Shown here: piece after piece, positions 35,082 through 41,856 of the stretch
Numbering within the stretch: the first letter of the stretch is position 1
How the letters are laid out: each line of letters starts with the position of its first letter
Source: an uncultured Candidatus Saccharibacteria bacterium
Lineage (GTDB): Bacteria; Patescibacteriota; Saccharimonadia; Saccharimonadales; Saccharimonadaceae
Assembly (NCBI GenBank): GCA_963552615.1
Contig: CAUVKG010000003.1
Coordinates: 15,163 to 79,162, forward strand
Direction: 5' to 3'
DNA length: 64,000 bases
Notes under the pieces: model-generated
Told to the model about the DNA's origin: nothing
What the model saw: the letters and a program-made list of their open reading frames with translations, nothing else
Database searches by the model: none
Program-made: the position numbers and the translations under genes

Positions 35082-36344
35082 ATGAAGCAATCACCTGATG
35101 TCGAGCTGACCATTAGCACTAAGACTTTTATTCGGTTCTGGCTGGTGATTCTGGGGTTCATTACATTAGCTTTGGTTTGCTGGGCAGCTCGGATGCCTCT
35201 TGCCATGTTAGCCATCTCATTCTTCATGGCGCTGGTGCTTAATCGCCCCGTCTCTTTCATCGCTCGTTATTTACCGGGCAAATCCCGCACCGTGGCCATC
35301 TTCATCGCTTACTTGATTATCGCTATCATGATCGGCGTCTTACTACTTACCATAGTGCCGATCTTCGCTCGCCAGCTATCCTCGTTCCTCGCTAATCTAC
35401 CTAGTATGGTCAATCACCTAAAGCAAGAGTCGAGCTGGCTGGGTAGTTTATTGGCCCATTATCATCTGACCGACCAGTTTAACCAATGGCTGGTTGACGC
35501 CGGGGCGCAGCTGAGGCACGCCACCAGCAATATGGGGGCAGCCTTCTTCGACGCTCTATCCAATATCTTCGTCGTCTTAGGTAATACCTGCCTGGTACTC
35601 TTCGCTACTTTTTTCATGCTGGTCGAAGGGCCGAACTGGGAAGAGAAGTTCTGGCGTCTAGCCTATACTAATCCGACCCGTCGTCGACGCCACCGCCGGA
35701 TGGCTCGCAAGATGTACGATGTCATCAGTGGCTACATGGTCGGGCAGGCGACAGTCGGGGTGATCAGCGGCACTTTTACCGCTGTAGTGGTCGGCATCTT
35801 AGCCACAGTCTTTCGTTTCGATATCAGCCTGGTCTGGCCGGCTTGGATCACCATCTTTATGATGATCTTCGTGCCGATGTTTGGCGCCGTCATCGGTGGC
35901 ACGATTGTTACCCTGATTTTGCTGGTGTATTCTCCGCCGGCTGCTATTATCTACGCCATTGTCTTCACCATTGAGCAGCAGATCGAGAATAATTTCGTCC
36001 AGCCCCGAATCCAGTCCAGACACATGGAAACCTCCGCTCTGATCATCCTAGTCTCCATGACCCTGGGGATGCAAGCCGGTGGGTTACTCGGGGCAATGAT
36101 CGCCATTCCGCTGTCCGGTTGTGTCGTTATCTTGATGCGTGATTTCCTGCAGTCACATGGGCGAGGCGAGATAAACCAAGATAGCTCCGGTGAGCCGCAC
36201 CTTGCCGGTGTATCCAGCGCACCGGTCATCTTCGTGCCGGCTGATCGCCAGTACATCGGACCGGAGCTGGATATCATTCCACCCCTAAGCAACGACCGTG
36301 GCCAGAGACGTCGTCGTCGGCCAAGCGGTCGCTCTAAGCACTAG
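35082..36344 (+). CDS. AI-2E (PerM/UPF0118) family transporter
   Basis: Eight-TM layout with a central soluble loop and typical family sequence texture. Basic Arg-rich C-terminal tail. Confidence 0.7.
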   Translation: MKQSPDVELTISTKTFIRFWLVILGFITLALVCWAARMPLAMLAISFFMALVLNRPVSFIARYLPGKSRTVAIFIAYLIIAIMIGVLLLTIVPIFARQLSSFLANLPSMVNHLKQESSWLGSLLAHYHLTDQFNQWLVDAGAQLRHATSNMGAAFFDALSNIFVVLGNTCLVLFATFFMLVEGPNWEEKFWRLAYTNPTRRRRHRRMARKMYDVISGYMVGQATVGVISGTFTAVVVGILATVFRFDISLVWPAWITIFMMIFVPMFGAVIGGTIVTLILLVYSPPAAIIYAIVFTIEQQIENNFVQPRIQSRHMETSALIILVSMTLGMQAGGLLGAMIAIPLSGCVVILMRDFLQSHGRGEINQDSSGEPHLAGVSSAPVIFVPADRQYIGPELDIIPPLSNDRGQRRRRRPSGRSKH

Positions 36345-37599
36345 TCCGGTAGTAGCGACGGCAGAAATCATCACGAAATTGCTGGTAGCTACCACTCATG
36401 ATAGCCCGGCGTATCTGCTCACACAGCCGGATGATAAAGCGAGTATTGTGTGCCGTCAGCAGATTAAACGCCCTAGCTCGTTCAGTATGCTCAGCTGATT
36501 TGAGCAGAGCTCGTAGCTCGGCTCTAGTATGACCAGCCCGACAGGTCGGACAGTCGCAACCCGGAGATAGTACTTGTATGTCATCCCGATACATTGATCG
36601 CTTGATATTATAATTACCGTCTAGAGTATAGATTCTCCCGTGACGAGCCTCCCGAGTCGGGGCTACGCAATCAAAAGTATCCACCCCGGCTTCTACGCCG
36701 ACGAAGATATCGTCAGGGTGACTTAGACCCAGTAAATGGCGGGGCTTGTCGGCGGGTAAGATTTCATTCATCGCCTCTAAAATCTCGCTCAGGTTTGCTT
36801 TATCTAGTGCGCCGCCCAGCCCGAAGCCGTCAAAATAGTGACCATCGATATTCATCCTTGAGATATCTCGAGCCGCCCGACGCCTCAAGTCGAGAAAATA
36901 GCTACCCTGAAGTACTCCATAGAGAGCCTGGTAGGGGCGATCTGAGCGCAGAGCCGTCTGTCTGATATGCTCAGCTAGCCCACGCTCTGCCCAGCGCCTA
37001 GTCCGCTCCAGCGAGCGGACATTATACTCATAAGTATCATTGATATTAGTCAGCTCATCAAAAGACATCATCACATCCGCTCCGATCTTGTGCTGAGTAG
37101 CGATCGATATCTCCGGGGTAAACTTGATGATTCGACCGCTGAATGGATCACGAAACTCCACCCCCTCTTCATCGACCAGCGCCAAACGCTCGTCCGGCTC
37201 ACGTAGCTCGCTCTGATTAGCTTTGTCACCCGCCATAGAAATCACCTTACCCAGACCTGACCCCAGCGACATTACCTGAAAGCCGCCCGAGTCAGTGAAG
37301 GTTGGACCCTGCCAACCCGACCACTGAGCCAATCCACCGCTAGCCGAGATAATAGTTGCCCGACGATACAGGTGGTAGCCATTGCTCAACATGACCTGCG
37401 CCCCGACTGCCCGCATGTCTGACGGTGGCAAGAACCGCACCGAGCCCATCGTCCCGACCAAGTTAAAGTTCGGCGTCTTGATATCGCCATGTGGTGTGCG
37501 AATGACGCCGGCTCGCATCAACGGATAGCCGGCATCACCCTGGGACACTATCCGGAAGCCAAAGCTTGACTGATTCACACTAGATATTATATCAGCCAT
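36334..37599 (-). CDS. tgt: tRNA-guanine transglycosylase (queuine tRNA-ribosyltransferase)
   Basis: IKTPNFNLVGT, TDSGGFQV, Zn site CDCPTC...H. Confidence 0.9.
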   Translation of the reverse strand: MADIISSVNQSSFGFRIVSQGDAGYPLMRAGVIRTPHGDIKTPNFNLVGTMGSVRFLPPSDMRAVGAQVMLSNGYHLYRRATIISASGGLAQWSGWQGPTFTDSGGFQVMSLGSGLGKVISMAGDKANQSELREPDERLALVDEEGVEFRDPFSGRIIKFTPEISIATQHKIGADVMMSFDELTNINDTYEYNVRSLERTRRWAERGLAEHIRQTALRSDRPYQALYGVLQGSYFLDLRRRAARDISRMNIDGHYFDGFGLGGALDKANLSEILEAMNEILPADKPRHLLGLSHPDDIFVGVEAGVDTFDCVAPTREARHGRIYTLDGNYNIKRSMYRDDIQVLSPGCDCPTCRAGHTRAELRALLKSAEHTERARAFNLLTAHNTRFIIRLCEQIRRAIMSGSYQQFRDDFCRRYYRTSA

Positions 37600-37605
37600 G
37601 GGCTA

Positions 37606-37614
37606 TGGTAGAAT
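37606..37614 (+). promoter_or_regulatory. Extended -10 TGgTAGAAT 8 nt upstream of ackA ATG 37623; read on the other strand it is TATTCT, 10 nt from the tgt ATG
   Basis: Only 23 nt separate the divergent start codons 37599 and 37623. Confidence 0.4.
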
Positions 37615-37622
37615 ATGGGCAT

Positions 37623-38894
37623 ATGGAAAGTAGTATTCTCGTCATCAATAGTGGCAGTTCTTCGCTCAAGTTCTCGCTGCTGGACACCGCCACCCATCAA
37701 GTCATCGCCAAAGGTATCGCCGAGGAGTTGAAGACGCCCCGAGCTAACTTCACCATCAAGGCCAATAACGCCAAGGAGACGGACAAGCTGGATGACCCGT
37801 CTTTCGAGGGAGCGATGCAGCGCCTATTTGACGAGCTGGAAGAGCGAGGGCTCAAGCGTACCGTCATGGCAGTGGGACACAGAGTGGTAAACGGTATCGA
37901 TAAGTTCACCCATCCGGTCCGCCTGACCGACAAGATAGTCGACGAGATCGAGGCCTTGAAGCCCTACGCCCCTTTGCACAACCCGCCGGCCGCCGCTGCT
38001 ATGCGAGCCGCTATGAAGGTTATGCCCGAGTTGCCCCAGGTGGCAGTCTTTGACACTGCCTTTCACAGCACTATGCCCGAATATGCTTTCCGCTACGCCG
38101 TGCCTGATGACTGGTATCAAGATTACGGTGTCCGACGCTACGGCTTTCACGGCACCAGCTACAAGTACGTCAGCAATCGGGCTGCCCAACTCCTCAATAT
38201 ACCGATAGAAGATAGTGCTTTCGTCATCGCCCATATCGGCAGTGGCGCCTCGCTGGCGGCAGTACTCAATGGTCAATCAGTCGATACCACCATGGGCTTC
38301 ACTCCGCTAGATGGCATCGTCATGTGTACTAGAGCCGGCTCAGTTGACCCGGCTATTATTCCTTACATGATGGATCGACTGGGTGAGAGCGCCGAGGAGA
38401 TAGTCGATGATCTGAACCACCGTTCGGGGCTGCTTGGCATGTCAGGCTTTAGCAGTGACCAGCGAGAAGTCTCGGCCGCTGCCACTAAAGGCGACGAGAA
38501 GTCAGCCATCGCCATGGAGACACTGGCCTATAGTATCGCTAAGAATATTGCCGCTATGATGGTAGCGCTACCTAGAGTAGATGCCCTTATCTTCACCGCC
38601 GGTGCCGGCGAGAATGCCTCGGGGCTACGAGCAGGGATCGTCGAGCATCTCAAGGTGTTTAACTATCAGATAGATAAAGATCAGAACAAGCGAATTCGTG
38701 GACGCAACGGGCTGGATGGAGTGATATCAGAGAAAGACACACCGGTGATCATGGCTATCCGCACCAACGAAGAGCTGGTCATCGCCGAAGAAACCGAGGC
38801 GGTGGTCAGCGGCAAGAAAACAGCAGCCAAGGGTAAGGACACTAAAGCGACCAAGCGACCACGCTTCACTCCCCGCAATTGGAACGACGAGTAG
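37623..38894 (+). CDS. ackA: Acetate kinase with a Lys-rich C-terminal extension
   Basis: ILVINSGSSSLKF, GHRVVNG, FDTAFH, GFHGTSY, NEELVIA. Confidence 0.9.
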   Translation: MESSILVINSGSSSLKFSLLDTATHQVIAKGIAEELKTPRANFTIKANNAKETDKLDDPSFEGAMQRLFDELEERGLKRTVMAVGHRVVNGIDKFTHPVRLTDKIVDEIEALKPYAPLHNPPAAAAMRAAMKVMPELPQVAVFDTAFHSTMPEYAFRYAVPDDWYQDYGVRRYGFHGTSYKYVSNRAAQLLNIPIEDSAFVIAHIGSGASLAAVLNGQSVDTTMGFTPLDGIVMCTRAGSVDPAIIPYMMDRLGESAEEIVDDLNHRSGLLGMSGFSSDQREVSAAATKGDEKSAIAMETLAYSIAKNIAAMMVALPRVDALIFTAGAGENASGLRAGIVEHLKVFNYQIDKDQNKRIRGRNGLDGVISEKDTPVIMAIRTNEELVIAEETEAVVSGKKTAAKGKDTKATKRPRFTPRNWNDE

Positions 38895-38910
38895 GCATAT
38901 CGGGGCTAAC

Positions 38911-38950
38911 AAAAAATATGACCGGTCTCAGCACCGGTCATATTTATTTT
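38911..38950. terminator. Bidirectional rho-independent terminator between convergent genes
   Basis: Perfect 11-bp stem ATATGACCGGT / ACCGGTCATAT, loop CTCAGC, flanked by AAAAAA and TTATTTT. Confidence 0.85.
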
Positions 38951-38982
38951 AGAAGTAAGGCAAGCTTCCACTATACCTACGT

Positions 38983-39819
38983 CTAGCGGTCTGCTTGCTT
39001 CGTCTTCTTCTTGTCAGACAGGTAACTATTCAGGCAAGAGCTAAAGCCACCCAGCACCAGCACGACAGAGACAGGCAATAGCCACTGACCATAATCAGTC
39101 ACGACAGGCTTGGTCACCGCCCAAACAATATAGAGAATCACATTGACTCGATGACGCCCGCCATCACTAAAGACCATCGACATCAAGGCGTCCACACCAC
39201 ACAAGATAAACGGAATCAGCCCGATGTAAAAGATGATCCGCCCTGCCTTGTTCGTCTCCAAGACTTTACCCAGCCAACTCTTGTTGGCTTTCTTCTTACC
39301 GTTCGGGTCGCCAATCCGGTTAACCTTGCCGAGATGGCCGGCTTTCGCTACGAAGATATTATTCTCGCCCGACTTGATTTGCCCCAGCACATCGCTAACT
39401 ATGACCGGGATCTCGACATTGGGCAGGCTAGCTACCAGCTGATAATGGCGAGATGGATCTGACGCCTCGTGCCCCTGTATCCACTTGACGGCAGCGGGGT
39501 AGCTATCCGTCTTCGCTGCATCGACCAGCTGTCCTTTCTCATTAATCGTGCCGATGCGATAAGATATGTCAGCGGTCGGCATGATGCGGACGAAGATAGT
39601 CTTAGTCGGCTTCTTCAGCTCGTAGGCATAGACGTCGTCGCTATGCTTCTTCAGCGTCAACTCTTTGCTGACCCGGCGAGACTTTAGCTCGTCGGTGATT
39701 TGGTCTAGATAGCTAGCTACTTGGCTTCGCTTAATGACGTATCCTGAGCTGGCACTTACCGCTCCCCGCATTTTATCGACCGTCAATCGAAATAGTACAA
39801 AGACTAAGTCATCTGCCAT
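38983..39819 (-). CDS. Hypothetical membrane protein (soluble N-terminal domain plus C-terminal TMs)
   Basis: ORF track. Three C-terminal hydrophobic helices. Confidence 0.55.
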   Translation of the reverse strand: MADDLVFVLFRLTVDKMRGAVSASSGYVIKRSQVASYLDQITDELKSRRVSKELTLKKHSDDVYAYELKKPTKTIFVRIMPTADISYRIGTINEKGQLVDAAKTDSYPAAVKWIQGHEASDPSRHYQLVASLPNVEIPVIVSDVLGQIKSGENNIFVAKAGHLGKVNRIGDPNGKKKANKSWLGKVLETNKAGRIIFYIGLIPFILCGVDALMSMVFSDGGRHRVNVILYIVWAVTKPVVTDYGQWLLPVSVVLVLGGFSSCLNSYLSDKKKTKQADR

Positions 39820-39863
39820 CTCTTCTCCTTAAAAGTTACATAGTAGGGCAACAAAATAAGCTT

Positions 39864-39938
39864 TGGTTGGGATGGAGGGATTCGAACCCCCGAATACCAG
39901 GACCAAAACCTGGGGCCTTACCACTTGGCGACATCCCA
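39864..39938 (-). tRNA. tRNA-Gln (anticodon UUG)
   Basis: Hand-folded. Acceptor UGGGAUG/CAUCCCA with U1-A72, anticodon arm CCAGG-UUUUGGU-CCUGG, T arm GGGGG-UUCGAAU-CCCUC, encoded ACCA. Closely resembles E. coli tRNA-Gln. Confidence 0.85.
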
Positions 39939-39976
39939 ATAAAGCTAATAAGATTATACACCATTCCGAGGTCGGT

Positions 39977-40078
39977 AAAAAAGGAAAATCCCCCTACTCG
40001 TAAGTAGGGGGACTGGAGGGTGGATAGAGATGCCGGCGAGCCGGCGCACAAAAAACATGCGCTGACCCGCCGGAGCAA
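39977..40078 (-). repeat. Conserved ~100-nt structured 3' module, copy 1 (includes terminator 39977-40011)
   Basis: A 45-nt block is identical to 40873-40917. Terminator stem CCCCCTAC/GTAGGGGG is followed on the minus strand by ATTTTCCTTTTTT. Confidence 0.7.
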
Positions 40079-40081
40079 GCG

Positions 40082-40435
40082 CTAGCTCTTAAGGGCTGAC
40101 GCCCTCAAAAGCTTGGGGTCGCCTAAGATCAGGCGACCATCCACTTGCACCCCCTGAACAGGGGTTGTAAGGACTAGCTCCTCCTCTTTAGAGGAGGAGC
40201 CGTTCATCTCGGAGCAACGGTTGTCACCGCTGCTCCGAGTCTCTCTCTGCAGAGCAAACAAATGTTGCTCTGCTTTCTCGATACTCTCGAGGGCTCGCTC
40301 AAGCGAGTCCTCGAGACAAGCACCTGCTACCGAGCGGGCGCTTTCAAGCGCCTGCTCTAGCTGGCTACGAGCTCCCTGGAGCTCGTAGCCAATATTTAAC
40401 GTTCTAAACGACACACACTCTTCCATATCATACAT
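40082..40435 (-). CDS. Hypothetical 117-aa protein (cassette ORF B; helical, Glu/Leu/Ala-rich N-terminal half)
   Basis: ATG lies 5 nt after GGAGGA of leader copy B. The stop lies a few nt before the 3' module. Confidence 0.6.
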   Translation of the reverse strand: MYDMEECVSFRTLNIGYELQGARSQLEQALESARSVAGACLEDSLERALESIEKAEQHLFALQRETRSSGDNRCSEMNGSSSKEEELVLTTPVQGVQVDGRLILGDPKLLRASALKS

Positions 40436-40524
40436 ATTTCCTCCAAAGAACGCAGGTCATACGAGCTTTTCTCGCATGCAACCTGATAGTGTTCATTCAT
40501 AACACCCTTATCCTTATTTGTCAA
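40436..40524 (-). promoter_or_regulatory. Copy B of the conserved TTGACA promoter plus 5'-UTR hairpin plus SD module
   Basis: TTGACA (40519-40524 rc), 17 nt, TATGAA. Hairpin 40453-40485, then GCGTTCTTTGGAGGA. Confidence 0.6.
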
Positions 40525-40610
40525 GTAGCGTCCTACATTAACGCCTTAACTGCAAAGGATGAGCTCAATAAAGACACGTTTCAAGTTTAGTCCCGTGGTT
40601 TAATGGATTT

Positions 40611-40810
40611 TTGGAAAGTCAATTAACCGGAAAGGACGTTAGAAACGTGTCTAACAACAAGTATATACAACTTTGCTACGATGAACGTATAGTTATCGAG
40701 AATAGGTTAAAGAATGGTGAATCATACACTGCTATTGCCAAGTCGCTTGGACGCTCAACCAGTACTATCTCTCGTGAGGTTAATAGCTTTATTGAGGAGC
40801 AAATACAAAG
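40611..40810 (+). pseudogene. IS30-family transposase N-terminal HTH remnant (only ~65 aa of similarity)
   Basis: YDERIVIENRLKNGESYTAIAKSLGRSTSTISREVN matches the IS30 HTH_38 pattern (LGRSxSTISREI). The frame then runs into the 3' module repeat and there is no DDE domain. Confidence 0.5.
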
Positions 40811-40821
40811 ACTGCCAGGTC

Positions 40822-40917
40822 GAAAACGGGAAAATCCCCCTGCTCGAAAGCAGGGGGGTGGAGGGTGGATAGGATGCCGGCGAGCCGGCGCACAAAAAAC
40901 ATGCGCTGACCCGCCGG
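40822..40917 (-). repeat. Conserved ~100-nt structured 3' module, copy 2 (includes terminator 40822-40857)
   Basis: Aligns with 39977-40078. The terminator stem is changed in a compensatory way to CCCCCTGC/GCAGGGGG. Confidence 0.7.
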
Positions 40918-40923
40918 GTAGAA

Positions 40924-41073
40924 CTAACTCTTAGATTCACCTCCTTCCAGAGGCTTGACGACAAAGGACTCCAGACGAAATCCCCTTTCCTCGCAGGCGG
41001 CGATAGCCGCCACTGCGATTTCGATCATCTCGGGGCTAACCTCGCCCCGAACATTGCTTACCTCATAGTCCAT
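40924..41073 (-). CDS. Hypothetical 49-aa protein (cassette ORF C: MDYEVSNVRGEVSPEMIEIAVAAIAACEERGFRLESFVVKPLEGGESKS)
   Basis: Not in the ORF track (under 60 aa). ATG lies 6 nt after AAGGAGGG of leader copy C. The stop abuts 3' module copy 2. Confidence 0.5.
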   Translation of the reverse strand: MDYEVSNVRGEVSPEMIEIAVAAIAACEERGFRLESFVVKPLEGGESKS

Positions 41074-41163
41074 TGTTCCCTCCTTAAGGAACGCAAGCCA
41101 TCCGGTCTGTTACCGGATGCAACTTGATGGTATTACTCTAACACTTTATCTCTCTTTTGTCAA
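41074..41163 (-). promoter_or_regulatory. Copy C of the conserved TTGACA promoter plus 5'-UTR hairpin plus SD module
   Basis: TTGACA (41158-41163 rc), 17 nt, TAGAGT. Hairpin 41094-41126 with 8-bp perfect stem CATCCGGT/ACCGGATG. Confidence 0.6.
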
Positions 41164-41316
41164 GCTTGGGCATAATAGAGCGGCTTTACACTGAGGCAGC
41201 AAGACCCGCCATTCTTCACCCGGCATCCTCAGCCATACCACATTAGCCCTTGACTATTATTTATTATAGATATATTTTATCCACGATGAATATTAAATAT
41301 CAGCCGGGGAGGCCGT

Positions 41317-41856
41317 ATGAAGCTAACTAAGAGCTTTGAGCAGGGAGTCTGCCTGATGGCAATCCTCGCCACTCAGACTAAGGCTATCCCCGTCTCATCT
41401 CGCACTTTACAGCGACGCCTGCCGACATCTATGACTTATAGCCAGAAGTTGCTGCGCAAGCTGGTTGTCGCCGGTATCGTCAAATCAGTGCCGGGGAATA
41501 GTGGTGGATTCGCCCTGGCTCGTCCCATCGGGCAGATCTCCATCTTGGAGGTGGTCGAAGCACTGGAGGGCAGAGTAGACAGCTTTCCCAGTACGGGGCT
41601 CTTTAGTGCTATCTTTACTAACCAAACCGGTGCCAACGCTCACCAAGCCATCACTACAGCCGACCAGGCGGTACACCGTATCTTCATGACCGCCGACGGC
41701 GTCTGGCGACAGGTGCTGAGCGAAGTAAATATCGGCGATATCATTGACCGAGTCATTTCGTCACATCGCCATTTGCCTCAGCTGGACTGGAACGACCCCG
41801 GCGTCGAGACCAATGCTATCTTCACCATTAACCAAAAGGAGGCCACAGATGATTAA
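41317..41856 (+). CDS. Rrf2-family transcriptional regulator (no Cys cluster)
   Basis: MKLTKSFEQGVCLMAILA...SSRTLQRRL...LLRKLVVAGIVKSVPGNSGGFALARP wHTH pattern. Confidence 0.7.
   Translation: MKLTKSFEQGVCLMAILATQTKAIPVSSRTLQRRLPTSMTYSQKLLRKLVVAGIVKSVPGNSGGFALARPIGQISILEVVEALEGRVDSFPSTGLFSAIFTNQTGANAHQAITTADQAVHRIFMTADGVWRQVLSEVNIGDIIDRVISSHRHLPQLDWNDPGVETNAIFTINQKEATDD

Noticed and set aside
39836-40078. 80-aa minus-strand ORF
   Set aside because: It reads straight through tRNA-Gln and the 3' module repeat, so it is an artefact of non-coding sequence.
40755-40964. 69-aa minus-strand ORF sharing the string RRVSACFLCAGSPAS with ORF 39836-40078
   Set aside because: The shared peptide is just the translation of the duplicated non-coding 3' module. 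The ORF also overlaps the SD-supported 49-aa cassette ORF in another frame.
41744-41848. N-terminal extensions of track ORFs, at 41744 and also at 3069, 4530, 33245, 34662, 49749, 55784, 62608, 32134 and 27909
   Set aside because: In each case an internal start has an SD or a -10 box at the right distance and coincides with the start of the recognisable domain. The extensions overlap the upstream gene or a promoter.
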